Assembly: GCA_045536845.1 (NCBI GenBank)
Contig: JAZSOG010000025.1
Location: 56,889-120,888 of the forward strand
Length of the DNA stretch: 64,000 bases
DNA from: Kiritimatiellia bacterium
Lineage (GTDB): Bacteria; Verrucomicrobiota; Kiritimatiellia; RFP12; UBA1067
Direction: 5' to 3'
A model generated the notes under the pieces. That model searched no databases. It saw only the letters and a program-made list of their open reading frames with translations, and was not told where the DNA came from. Below are positions 47,169-57,765 of this stretch, one piece after another. Position 1 is the first letter of the stretch, and each line of letters opens with the position of its first letter. The translations under genes and the position numbers were made by a program.

Positions 47169-48232
47169 ATGAGTTCAAAAGTATTGATGAAGGGCAACGA
47201 GGCGATCGCCGAAGCGGCGATACGCTGCGGTTGCCGGCACTATTTTGGTTATCCGATCACGCCGCAGACCGAAATCGCGGCGTACATGGCAAAGCGCATG
47301 CCGAAGATCGGCGGCACGTTCCTCCAGGCGGAAAGCGAAATCGCCGCGATCAACATGGTCTATGGCTGCGCCTCGACTGGTCGCCGCGTGATGACTTCGA
47401 GCTCGAGCCCGGGCATCTCGCTCAAGGCCGAGGGTATTTCCTACCTCGCGGGTGCCGATCTTCCCGCGCTTATCGTCAACGTCCAGCGCGGCGGTCCTGG
47501 CCTCGGCGGCATTCAGCCGTCGCAGTCCGACTACTTCTTCATGACGCGCGGCCCCGGCCACGGCGATTTCCACATCATCGTCCTCGCGCCCGCCACGGTG
47601 CAGGAGATGGCCGACATGACGCGTCTCGCGTTCGAGCTCGGCGAGAAGTACCGCATGCCCGCGATGCTGCTCGCTGACGGCACGATGGGCCAGATGATGG
47701 AGCCGGTCGTTCTTCCCGAAGACACGGTCGATCCCGAGACGATCCCCGCGACAAAGCCGTGGGCGACGACTGGCACGCAGATGAAGCGCGCTCACAACAT
47801 CGTGAACTCCCTCTACCTCAAGCCCGACGAACTCGAGAAGACGAACTACGAGCGCTTCGAGCGCTACGCGAAGCTCGAGAAGGACGAGTGCCGCTGGGAG
47901 GAATACCTCATGGATGACGCGGAAGTGTGCGTCATCTCGGTCGGCATCACCGCGCGCGTCGCGAAGAACGCGATCGCCGCCGCCCGCAAGGAGGGCATCA
48001 AGGTCGGCATGATCCGCCCGATTACCCTCTATCCGTTCCCGAAGGAACCCATCGCCAAGGCCGCCTCGAAGGTTAAGAGCTTCCTCACGGTCGAGCTCAA
48101 CATGGGCCAGATGAACGAAGACGTTAAGCTCGCAATCGGATGCTCCAAGCCGGTCGCCATGTGCAACCGCGTCGGCGGCATGATCCCAAGCGCCGACGAA
48201 GTTCTCGCCGCGATCAAGAAGGAGGCGAAGTA

Positions 48233-48233
<1 letters not shown>
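47169..48233 (+). CDS. vorB: 2-oxoacid:ferredoxin oxidoreductase alpha subunit (VorB-like)
   Basis: GNEA, GYPITP, QAESE, SSSPG, RGGPG. Confidence 0.9.
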
Positions 48234-48961
<728 letters not shown>

Positions 48962-48970
<9 letters not shown>

Positions 48971-49046
48971 GAGTTGGAGTTCAGAGTTGGAGTTGGAGAT
49001 AGGAGTCAGTTGTCAGTAGTCAGGAGTCAGGAGTCAGTAGTCAGGA
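48962..49046. repeat. Hexamer/heptamer tract inside the oxidoreductase operon
   Basis: GAGTTG repeats then AGGAGTC/AGTAGTC. Confidence 0.85.
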
Positions 49047-49069
49047 ATAAGGAAAGAAGAGAGTTTGAA

Positions 49070-49618
49070 ATGACCTACGAAACTATAATGGCGGGATTCG
49101 GCGGACAGGGACTCCTGTTCTCCGGTAAGGTTCTTGCTCATGCCGCGCTCATCGAGAACAAGGAACTTTCGTGGCTTCCCTCATACGGGCCCGAAATGCG
49201 CGGCGGAACGTGCAACTGCTCGGTGATAGTCTCCGACGATCCCGTCGGCTCTCCGATCATCGCCCACCCGAACGTGCTGATGGTGATGAACGAGCCGTCT
49301 CTCGACAAGTTCGAGGACACCGTTGCCGCCGGCGGCACGATCTTCGTCGACTCGTCCCTCATCGCGCGCAAGGTGCGCCGCACCGACGTCGAAGTCGTCT
49401 ATATTCCCGCGACGAAGATGGCGACCGACATGGAGACGAAGAGCCTCGCGAACATGATCATCCTCGGCGCTATCGTCGAGAAGCTCCGCTGCGTGAATCC
49501 CGACATGGTCGCGACCGCGCTCAAGGAGACGATTTCCGCGCGCAAGGCCGCGCTCCTCGACCTCAACTTGAAGGCCGTCGAGGCGGGCCGCGAGTTCATC
49601 CGCGGACAGAAGGCTTAA
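49070..49618 (+). CDS. 2-oxoacid:ferredoxin oxidoreductase gamma subunit
   Basis: AGFGGQG, PSYGPEMRGG, NMIILGA. Confidence 0.92.
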   Translation: MTYETIMAGFGGQGLLFSGKVLAHAALIENKELSWLPSYGPEMRGGTCNCSVIVSDDPVGSPIIAHPNVLMVMNEPSLDKFEDTVAAGGTIFVDSSLIARKVRRTDVEVVYIPATKMATDMETKSLANMIILGAIVEKLRCVNPDMVATALKETISARKAALLDLNLKAVEAGREFIRGQKA

Positions 49619-49667
49619 CATCCAAGACAAAAACAAAGAAGAAAAAACAAGCAAGGGAAACAGACCC

Positions 49668-52313
49668 ATGAAAAAGCAAGACAAGAAGTACGTATATTTC
49701 TTCGGTGCGGGCCAGACCGAAGGTAATGCAAACATGCGCGAGCTGCTCGGCGGCAAGGGCGCGAACCTCGCCGAGATGGCGGGACTCGGACTCCCCGTTC
49801 CCCAGGGCTTCACGATCACGACTGAGGCGTGCACGCGCTACTACGACGACGGCAAGAAGATCGGCGCCGATATCCAGAAGCAGGTGATGGAGTACATCGA
49901 CAAGCTCGAGAAGTCGGCCGGCAAGAAGTTCGGCGACCTCAAGAACCCGCTGCTCGTCTCCGTCCGCTCCGGCGCGCGCGCTTCGATGCCCGGCATGATG
50001 GACACGATCTTGAACCTCGGCCTCAACGAGAAGGTCGTCGAGACCCTCGCCAAGCAGACGAAGAACCCGCGCTGGGCTTGGGACTGCTACCGCCGCTTCA
50101 TCCAGATGTTCTCCGACGTCGTCATGGAGGTCGGCAAGAAGTACTTCGAGAAGCTGATCGACGACATGAAGGCGAAGAAGCACGTCAAGAACGACGTCGA
50201 TCTCACCGCCGCCGACCTCAAGACGCTCGCCAGCCAGTTCAAGGCCGAGTACAAGGCGAAGATCGGCAAGGACTTCCCGACTGACGCGAAGGAGCAGCTC
50301 TTCGAGGCGATCAAGGCCGTGTTCCGCAGCTGGGACAACCCGCGCGCGAACGTCTACCGCCGCGACAACGACATTCCTTATTCGTGGGGCACCGCCGTCA
50401 ACGTCCAGATGATGGCGTTCGGCAACCTCAACGACCAGTCCGGCACTGGCGTCGCCTTCACGCGCGACCCCGCGACGGGCGAGAAGAAGCTCATGGGCGA
50501 GTTCCTCATGAACGCGCAGGGCGAGGATGTCGTCGCCGGTGTTCGCACCCCGATGCCGATCGCCAAGATGGCCGAGGTCATGCCCAAGGTGTTCAAGCAG
50601 TTCCAGAAGATCTGCGACACGCTCGAGGAGCACTACCGCGACATGCAGGACATGGAGTTCACGATCGAGAACCAGAAGCTCTTCATGCTCCAGACCCGCA
50701 ACGGCAAGCGCACGGCTCGCGCCGCTCTCAAGATCGCGTGCGATCTCGTCGACGAGGGTATGCGCACCGAGAAGGAAGCGGTCCTCATGATCGAGCCCCG
50801 CAACCTCGACACGCTCCTGCACCCGCAGTTCGACGCGGTCGCTCTCAAGAACGCCAAGCCCGCCGGCCGCGGCCTTGCGGCTTCTCCGGGCGCCGCGTGC
50901 GGCAAGATCGTCTTCACGGCGGCCGACGCGATGGAGTGGAAGAAGAACGGCGAGAAGACCGTCCTCGTCCGCCTCGAGACCTCCCCTGAGGACATCGAGG
51001 GCATGAAGGCCGCCGAGGGCATCCTCACGGTGCGCGGCGGAATGACCTCGCACGCGGCTGTCGTCGCGCGCGGCATGGGCGTCTGCTGCGTCTCCGGCTG
51101 CCAGGAGATCCAGATGGACGAAGAGCACAAGAAGTTCGTGCTCGGCGGAAAGGTCTTCAAGGAGGGCGACTGGCTCTCCATCGACGGCTCCACCGGCTAC
51201 ATATACGATGGCGTCGTTCCGACCGTCGACGCGACGATCGCCGGCGAGTTCGGCCGCATCATGAACTGGGCCGACAAGTTCCGCAAGCTCCACGTCCGCA
51301 CGAACGCCGATACGCCGCGCGACGCCAAGAAGGCGCGCGAGCTTGGCGCCGAGGGCATCGGCCTCTGCCGCACGGAGCACATGTTCTTCTCGCAGAGCCG
51401 CATCACGCCGTTCCGCGAGATGATCTGCGCCGACACGGTCGAGGAGCGCGAGCTCGCTCTCAACAAGATCCTTCCGTTCCAGCAGGATGACTTCGAGCAG
51501 CTCTTCGAGGCGCTCGAGGGCAAGCCGGTCACGATCCGCTTCCTCGACCCGCCGCTGCACGAGTTCGTGCCGCACAGCGAGGACGAGATCAAGCTTCTCG
51601 CGAAGGCCCAGCACAAGACCGTCGCCGAAGTCGAGGAGCTTATCGACTCCCTCAAGGAGTTCAACCCGATGATGGGACACCGCGGCTGCCGTCTCTGCGT
51701 CACGTATCCCGAGATCGCCCGCATGCAGACGACCGCCGTGATCCGCGCCGCCGTCAAGGTCCAGAAGTCTCACCCGACTTGGACCGTCAAGCCCGAGATC
51801 ATGATCCCGCTCACGGGCGACGCGAAGGAGCTCAAGTACGTCAAGGAGATCGTCGTCAAGACGGCGAACGAGGAAATCGCTCACGCCGACGTCAACATCG
51901 CCTACAAGGTGGGCACGATGATCGAGATCCCGCGCGCGGCCCTCACCGCCGACGAGATCGCGAATGAGGCGCAGTTCTTCTGCTTCGGCACGAACGACCT
52001 CACGCAGATGACCTACGGCTTCTCGCGCGACGACGCGGGCAAGTTCCTCTCGGCCTACTACGACAAGAAGATCTTCGAGAACGACCCGTTCGCGAAGCTC
52101 GACCAGGACGGCGTCGGCAAGCTCATGAAGATGGCCATCGAGCTCGGCAAGGGCGTCCGCCCGAACCTCCACTGCGGCATCTGCGGCGAGCACGGCGGCG
52201 ATCCTACCTCCGTCGAGTTCTGCCACAAGCTCGGTCTCGACTACGTGAGCTGCTCGCCCTACCGCGTGCCGATCGCGCGTCTCGCGGCCGCTCAGGCTGC
52301 GCTCAAGGGCTAA
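49668..52313 (+). CDS. ppdK: Pyruvate, phosphate dikinase
   Basis: GGKGANL, SVRSGA, GGMTSHAAVVAR, GLCRTEHM, GICGEHGG. Confidence 0.98.
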   Translation: MKKQDKKYVYFFGAGQTEGNANMRELLGGKGANLAEMAGLGLPVPQGFTITTEACTRYYDDGKKIGADIQKQVMEYIDKLEKSAGKKFGDLKNPLLVSVRSGARASMPGMMDTILNLGLNEKVVETLAKQTKNPRWAWDCYRRFIQMFSDVVMEVGKKYFEKLIDDMKAKKHVKNDVDLTAADLKTLASQFKAEYKAKIGKDFPTDAKEQLFEAIKAVFRSWDNPRANVYRRDNDIPYSWGTAVNVQMMAFGNLNDQSGTGVAFTRDPATGEKKLMGEFLMNAQGEDVVAGVRTPMPIAKMAEVMPKVFKQFQKICDTLEEHYRDMQDMEFTIENQKLFMLQTRNGKRTARAALKIACDLVDEGMRTEKEAVLMIEPRNLDTLLHPQFDAVALKNAKPAGRGLAASPGAACGKIVFTAADAMEWKKNGEKTVLVRLETSPEDIEGMKAAEGILTVRGGMTSHAAVVARGMGVCCVSGCQEIQMDEEHKKFVLGGKVFKEGDWLSIDGSTGYIYDGVVPTVDATIAGEFGRIMNWADKFRKLHVRTNADTPRDAKKARELGAEGIGLCRTEHMFFSQSRITPFREMICADTVEERELALNKILPFQQDDFEQLFEALEGKPVTIRFLDPPLHEFVPHSEDEIKLLAKAQHKTVAEVEELIDSLKEFNPMMGHRGCRLCVTYPEIARMQTTAVIRAAVKVQKSHPTWTVKPEIMIPLTGDAKELKYVKEIVVKTANEEIAHADVNIAYKVGTMIEIPRAALTADEIANEAQFFCFGTNDLTQMTYGFSRDDAGKFLSAYYDKKIFENDPFAKLDQDGVGKLMKMAIELGKGVRPNLHCGICGEHGGDPTSVEFCHKLGLDYVSCSPYRVPIARLAAAQAALKG

Positions 52314-52319
52314 GGGCTC

Positions 52320-52874
52320 ATGAACGTTGTCGCTACTGAGATACCAGACGTAAAGATCGTCGAGCCACAGGTGTTCGGCGACAGCCGCGGCTGGTTCGTG
52401 GAGCAGTACAACGCAGGGCGGTACAAAGCCGCCGGAATTGACGCCGACTTCGTACAGGACAACGAGTCGTTCTCGTCGAAGGGCGTCGTGCGCGGCCTGC
52501 ATTGGCAGGCCGCGCCGCATACCCAGGCGAAGCTCGTCAGGGTCGTGCGCGGCGCAGTGTGGGATGTTGCAGTCGACATACGCAAGGGCTCCCCGACTTT
52601 CGGCCGTCACGTCGCAGTGACGCTCTCGGCCGAGAACCGCAGGCAGCTCTACATCCCGCGCGGCTTCGCGCACGGATTCATCGTCCTTGAGGACGAAACG
52701 CTCTTCAGCTACAAGTGCGACCGTCTCTACTGCAAGGAGGCCGACAGGGGGCTGCTCTTCAGCGACCCTGCCCTCGGCATAGAGTGGCCAGATCTCGGCA
52801 TCGAGATAAAGCTTTCTGAGAAGGACATCAGGAATCCGCTCCTGAGGGACATTGAACCGTGGGAGGAAAAGTGA
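52320..52874 (+). CDS. rfbC: dTDP-4-dehydrorhamnose 3,5-epimerase
   Basis: FGDSRG, FVQDNES, RGLH, GFAHGF. Confidence 0.95.
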   Translation: MNVVATEIPDVKIVEPQVFGDSRGWFVEQYNAGRYKAAGIDADFVQDNESFSSKGVVRGLHWQAAPHTQAKLVRVVRGAVWDVAVDIRKGSPTFGRHVAVTLSAENRRQLYIPRGFAHGFIVLEDETLFSYKCDRLYCKEADRGLLFSDPALGIEWPDLGIEIKLSEKDIRNPLLRDIEPWEEK

Positions 52875-53755
52875 TGGCAAGGAAGGGAATCATACTTGCG
52901 GGCGGCGCGGGAACGCGTCTCCATCCGCTCACGCGCGTCGTGTCGAAGCAGCTTCTGCCCGTCTACGACAAGCCGATGGTGTTCTATCCGCTGTCGACCT
53001 TGATGCTCGCGGGAATACGCGAGGTGCTCATCATCTCGACGCCGCAGGACCTCCCGAACTTCGAGCGCCTTCTTGGCGACGGCTCGGACCTCGGCATGAA
53101 GTTCTCCTACAAGGTGCAGGAAGTGCCGAACGGGCTCGCGCAGGCGTTTGTCCTCGGCGCGGAGTTCCTTGGCGACGACGACGCGTGCCTCGTCCTTGGC
53201 GACAACATCTTCTACGGCGCAGATTTGCCGCGGCTTCTCAGGGTCGCGGCGGAACGCAAGGAGCCGACGGTGTTCGGCTACCGCGTCTCCGATCCCGAGC
53301 GCTACGGAGTCGTCGAGTTCGACGCGGAGGGCCGTGCGGTCTCGCTCGAGGAGAAGCCGGCTAAGCCGAAGTCCAACTACGCTGTCGTCGGTCTCTATTT
53401 CTATCCAAACGACGTGGTGAAGAAGGCCGCGGCGCTCAAGCCGTCTGCGCGCGGCGAATACGAGATCACCGACCTCAACCGCCAGTATCTCGAGGAAGGG
53501 CAGCTTTCGGTCGAGACGATGGGGCGCGGCTTCGCGTGGCTCGACACGGGCACGCACCAGTCACTCGCGGACGCAACCAATTTCGTGCGCGCGCTCATCG
53601 AGCGCCAGGGGCTGCAGATTTCCTGCATCGAGGAAATCGCGTGGTCGAAGGGCTGGATCGACGGCGCGCAGCTCAAGAAACTCGCCGACGCGTACGGGAA
53701 GTCCACCTACGGCGCGTATCTTCGCAATCTCGCAAAGGGGCATCAGGGGAACTGA
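52874..53755 (+). CDS. rfbA: Glucose-1-phosphate thymidylyltransferase
   Basis: [30 protein letters not shown]. Confidence 0.97.
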   Translation: MARKGIILAGGAGTRLHPLTRVVSKQLLPVYDKPMVFYPLSTLMLAGIREVLIISTPQDLPNFERLLGDGSDLGMKFSYKVQEVPNGLAQAFVLGAEFLGDDDACLVLGDNIFYGADLPRLLRVAAERKEPTVFGYRVSDPERYGVVEFDAEGRAVSLEEKPAKPKSNYAVVGLYFYPNDVVKKAAALKPSARGEYEITDLNRQYLEEGQLSVETMGRGFAWLDTGTHQSLADATNFVRALIERQGLQISCIEEIAWSKGWIDGAQLKKLADAYGKSTYGAYLRNLAKGHQGN

Positions 53756-53757
53756 CG

Positions 53758-55611
53758 ATGGAATTCGAGAACACGATAGGGCTTGAGACGCACGTCCAGC
53801 TGAAGACGCGGACGAAGATGTTCTGCGGCTGTTTGCTGAAGACGGGCTGCGAGCCCAACACCAACGTGTGCCCGGTGTGCCTCGGCTATCCGGGGGCGCT
53901 TCCCGTGATGAACAAGGAGGCCGTGAAGCTCACCGTGATGTCGGGCCTTATGCTCGGCTGCGAGGTGAACCGCCATGCGACCTTCGACCGCAAGAACTAC
54001 TTCTATCCCGACATGGCGAAGGACTACCAGATTTCCGAGAACGGCAGTCCCCTCTGCATCGGCGGTGGCGTCGAGATCACGCGCGCCGACGGCACGAAGA
54101 AGTTCATTCGCATCAACCACATCCACCTCGAGGAAGACGCGGCTAAGATCAACCACTACGCCGCGACCTCTGGCGTCGACTTCAACCGCGGCGGAACGCC
54201 TCTCATGGAGATCGTCTCCGAACCCGACATGGAGTCGGCCGACGATGCGATCGCTTATTTGACCGCGCTCAAGGAAATGCTTATCTACGCTGGCGTCAGC
54301 GACTGCAACCTCGAAGAGGGCAACATGCGCTCCGACGTCAACATCTCGATCAGGCCCGTTGGCGAGAAGAAGCTCGGCACGAAGGTCGAGATCAAGAACA
54401 TGAACTCCTTCAGCGGCATACACGCCGCGCTCGTCCACGAGGCGAGGCGCCAGAGGGAGTGCATGGCCCATTCGATTCCGATCGTGCAGGAGACGCGCAG
54501 GTGGGACCCCGAGGCGATGGAGACTGCCTCGATGCGCTCCAAGGAAAACGCGCACGACTACCGCTATTTCCCCGAACCCGACCTCGTGCCCGTCGAGCTT
54601 GACGAGGCGACGATTGACGAGTGGCGCAAGCTTCTCCCCGAGAAGCCCGAGACGAGGCGCGCGCGCATGGTCGAGGAATACGGCATCGCGGAATACGACG
54701 CAGAGGTCCTCTCGCAGCACAAGGAGAACGCCGACTGGTACGAAGCCGCCGCGAAGGGGCTCGACAAGAAGACGGCGAAGGTGCTTTGCAATCTCTTTAT
54801 GGGCGACGTGATGGCTCTCATGAACGCGAGCGGCAAGACGATTGGCGAGTGCGCGATGACGCCTGCCGCGCTCGCTTCTCTCGTGAAGCTCTCGGTCGCC
54901 GGGACGATCAACGGCCCGACGCTCAAGGAGCTCCTCCCCGAGATCTTCGAGAAGGGCGGCGATCCCGAGGCGATCGTGAAGGAACGCGGGCTTGGCGCCG
55001 TGAGCGACACGGCCGCGCTCGAGGCGTTCGTCGACCAGGCGATTGCCGCGAACCCGGGGCCGGTGCAGGATTTCAAGAACGGCAAGAAGGCGGCGGCCGG
55101 CTTTTTCGTCGGGCAGGTCATGAAGCTCTCGAAGGGCAAGGCCGACCCGAAGATCGTCGGCGGTCTTGTCGCGAAGAAGCTTTCGGCGCTCGCGCTTTCG
55201 CTCGTTGCAGCGATGCTCGTGATGTTCGCTGGCTGCGTGTCGTTCAAGCCGCAACAGGCGTGCATGTTCACCGACAGCGAGGGCGATATCGTTTCCGTCG
55301 AGTACGGCCAGTCGAAGAAGGACCATGTCTCGAAGTTCACCGCGCCGAATGGCAAGGTGCTGGACATGAAGACGAAGCTCGGCGTTCGCGTGACGCTGCC
55401 GGATGGTGACGGATTCCTCGCGTGGGAGTGCATGAACACGCTTCCGGTTGGAACCATGTACCGCACGGACGACGAGAAGTGGATGTACCACGCCAACGGC
55501 ATTTCGTGCCGCGTGTTCCACAAGGCCGCGAATCCCGCAACCGGGGAGGAGGACTACCTCGTGATTTTCGAGGGCGTCATCTGCGAGGGCCCGAAGAACG
55601 ACGGGAAATAA
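53758..55611 (+). CDS. gatB: Asp/Glu-tRNA amidotransferase subunit B with fused C-terminal lipoprotein-like domain
   Basis: IGLETHVQL, RKNYFYPD, YRYFPEPDL, GQVMK; continues into a hydrophobic stretch with lipobox FAGC and ~125 further aa. Confidence 0.93.
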   Translation: MEFENTIGLETHVQLKTRTKMFCGCLLKTGCEPNTNVCPVCLGYPGALPVMNKEAVKLTVMSGLMLGCEVNRHATFDRKNYFYPDMAKDYQISENGSPLCIGGGVEITRADGTKKFIRINHIHLEEDAAKINHYAATSGVDFNRGGTPLMEIVSEPDMESADDAIAYLTALKEMLIYAGVSDCNLEEGNMRSDVNISIRPVGEKKLGTKVEIKNMNSFSGIHAALVHEARRQRECMAHSIPIVQETRRWDPEAMETASMRSKENAHDYRYFPEPDLVPVELDEATIDEWRKLLPEKPETRRARMVEEYGIAEYDAEVLSQHKENADWYEAAAKGLDKKTAKVLCNLFMGDVMALMNASGKTIGECAMTPAALASLVKLSVAGTINGPTLKELLPEIFEKGGDPEAIVKERGLGAVSDTAALEAFVDQAIAANPGPVQDFKNGKKAAAGFFVGQVMKLSKGKADPKIVGGLVAKKLSALALSLVAAMLVMFAGCVSFKPQQACMFTDSEGDIVSVEYGQSKKDHVSKFTAPNGKVLDMKTKLGVRVTLPDGDGFLAWECMNTLPVGTMYRTDDEKWMYHANGISCRVFHKAANPATGEEDYLVIFEGVICEGPKNDGK

Positions 55612-55618
55612 CGCCGCG

Positions 55619-56353
55619 ATGAATCCTCTCGACAACATACGCGTAGTCCTCGTCGGCACGCTTTACACCGGCAACGTCGGCTCGAGCTGCCGCGCGATGG
55701 CGAACATGGGAATCCGCCACCTTCGCCTTGCCGCGCCGAATCTCCAGAATTCTTGGGACGAGGGCGAGAGGATGGCCGTCCACGCGACCGACATAATGAA
55801 CGCGCGCGAGGAGTTCGCCACGTTCGAGGAAGCGGTCGCGGACTGCGTTGCCGTTGTCGGCACTACCGCGCGCGAGGGGCTTTACCGCCAGCACGTGAAG
55901 GCGCCGCGTGATTGCGCCGCAGACATTCTCTCGATTGCCGAGACCGGGCCTGTCGCCGTCGTCTTCGGACGCGAGGACAAGGGACTTCTCAACGAAGAGG
56001 TTGCGCAGTGCACGCACCTCATCAGGATTCCAGTCGACGAGGGGTATACTTCGATAAACCTCTCGCAGGCGGTGCTTATCACCTGCTACGAGCTTTTCAC
56101 GGCGACGGGCCGGTATGTTCCGCCGCACGAAAAGGCGCCGCCCGCGCCACAGGCGCAGAAGATGCAGCTGATGAAGAACTGGTCGGCGATGCTTCAGGAA
56201 ATCGGGTTCATGAAGCCCGAGCAGGCCGACCATTTCATGCAGGGCTTCCACCGCGTGTTTTCGCGCGGAGTGGTGACGAAAGACGACGCCGCGCTCATGC
56301 TTGGCGTCGCCCGCCAGGCGATCTGGGCCAAGAAGAACAGCGGAACCGTCTGA
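55619..56353 (+). CDS. trmJ: TrmJ/LasT-family SPOUT RNA methyltransferase
   Basis: GNVGSSCRAMANMG, VFGREDKGL, SINLSQAV. Confidence 0.85.
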   Translation: MNPLDNIRVVLVGTLYTGNVGSSCRAMANMGIRHLRLAAPNLQNSWDEGERMAVHATDIMNAREEFATFEEAVADCVAVVGTTAREGLYRQHVKAPRDCAADILSIAETGPVAVVFGREDKGLLNEEVAQCTHLIRIPVDEGYTSINLSQAVLITCYELFTATGRYVPPHEKAPPAPQAQKMQLMKNWSAMLQEIGFMKPEQADHFMQGFHRVFSRGVVTKDDAALMLGVARQAIWAKKNSGTV

Positions 56354-56386
56354 TTCCTGGCGGCTGTAGTTCGGCGTTTGCTGCAC

Positions 56387-56612
56387 GCGCGTACGCGGAG
56401 GGGATGTTTCGGCTTAGGGCTCGCTAGCTTTGCCGCGGATACGCGGCAAAGCTTCGGCGAAAAAGCCGGTGGCGACATCGATTTCGCGGCCTTTTACATT
56501 TTGCCAGTGCCGTCGAGCCTCTCGGCAAAATGGCGGCGCGTCGAAATCGGGTCGCTTCCGTCTTTTTCGCCGTCGCTTCGCATGCCGCCGAAACACCCCT
56601 CCGCTCCCGCGC
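56387..56612. repeat. ~225 bp foldback element, copy 2
   Basis: Near-identical terminal arms to 1099-1368, including the TAC/TCC mismatch; shared internal GATTTCG/CGAAATC stem. Confidence 0.8.
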
Positions 56613-56792
56613 GATCCGTTACTAACTGGGAAAGCCGCCATCTTGGCGGCGTTTCTGAATTTTGCCCTCTTCGCCGCGCTTGATTTCCGCGCGGCGTGGA
56701 ATTTTGCTATAATACTTCTGTCTTGCGTGACAGGCTTCGACCGGTGGGTACGACACGCAAACGACGTTGGAATCGAGAAAGGAGGAAATGAA

Positions 56793-57047
56793 ATGAGCAT
56801 AATGATTGATCTTCCTCCTGCCATGGCGCAGGAGGCGCAGGGCTATGCCGACCTTCGCGGGACGACGCTCGAAAAAGCGCTACTTGATTGCATTTCCGCT
56901 GAATTGGAGCGGAGCAGAAATCGGAGTGAAAACGCCTCGCGGTTGATGGAAAGATGGCGCGAATTGGTTCGCAAAGGGCGTGGACGTCTAACCGAGCCGT
57001 ACAAGTTCAATCGCGCTGATGCGTATCCGGAGGGTGAGTACGCATGA
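56793..57047 (+). CDS. Antitoxin of VapBC-type pair
   Basis: RBS AAGGAGG; 84 aa; RHH-like start; ATGA overlap with PIN gene. Confidence 0.75.
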   Translation: MSIMIDLPPAMAQEAQGYADLRGTTLEKALLDCISAELERSRNRSENASRLMERWRELVRKGRGRLTEPYKFNRADAYPEGEYA

Positions 57048-57454
57048 AGTTCCTTGATTCAAATGTTCTCATATACGCCGCAGAGGATACTCAGGCCGAC
57101 AAGTTTGCGCGTGCCTGCGACATTGTGGAGACGGCTGTTTGTGGCAATGGATTTGTGATTTCCGCGCAAGTCCTCAATGAGTTTGCTTCCGTGATGTATC
57201 GTAAGTTCAAGAAGACAGACGACGAGGTTAAGGGTCTTGTTTCAATTGCCCAGAACATTAAGACCGTTCCGGTCATGCCAGAGTGGACGCAGTTGGCAAT
57301 TGACATCAAGGAGCGTTACGACCTTCAATTCTACGATGCTCTTCTTTTGGCGGCGGCACAGGCCAATGGATGCGCTGAGTTTTGGTCGGAAGACCTGAAC
57401 GACGGGCAGATGTACGGCAGCGTCAAGGCTGTTAATCCATTCAAGGGACTTTAG
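57044..57454 (+). CDS. vapC: PIN-domain toxin (VapC-like)
   Basis: FLDSNVLIYA, QVLNEF, FYDALL, WSEDL. Confidence 0.9.
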   Translation: MKFLDSNVLIYAAEDTQADKFARACDIVETAVCGNGFVISAQVLNEFASVMYRKFKKTDDEVKGLVSIAQNIKTVPVMPEWTQLAIDIKERYDLQFYDALLLAAAQANGCAEFWSEDLNDGQMYGSVKAVNPFKGL

Positions 57455-57539
57455 GGAATCTTATCAATTTCTAACGAATCTTCAAAATAGGAGAAACAGA
57501 AGTAAGAGCATTCTGAAACACATAATTTAGCGAACTGCT

Positions 57540-57765
57540 GAACGACGCCACCTCGGAAATACTACCACACGTTTCCCACGTCGTACACAACCAAGAAGCC
57601 GCACAGGCTTTGCTTTGGAGAATTGCCAGCAGAACGCGCCCATCCTGGGCGCGTTCTCCCATGCATCCAAAGCAGGCCTGTGGTAGGGCTTCCGAGGTGG
57701 GCATGGATTGAGAACGCGCTCTTTTCTTATATTCATGCCGTCCGTGATGCGGTCGCATCACGGAC
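57540..57765 (+). promoter_or_regulatory. Structured attenuator-like leader of MTase copy 2
   Basis: Stems 57548-58/57690-700, 57611-19/57666-74, hairpin 57631-57; alternative stem 57649-64/57701-19 plus T-run; hairpin 57740-65 abuts ATG. Confidence 0.55.

Noticed and set aside
49596-52880. 1094 aa minus-strand ORF, and similar ones at 2..1078, 40334..41539, 53743..55659
   Set aside because: Antisense shadows of strongly codon-biased real genes (ppdK, SPFH, GH127, gatB); no recognisable motifs.
57540-57765. Retron msr-msd or group II intron
   Set aside because: No reverse transcriptase in the window; downstream gene is a C5-MTase.
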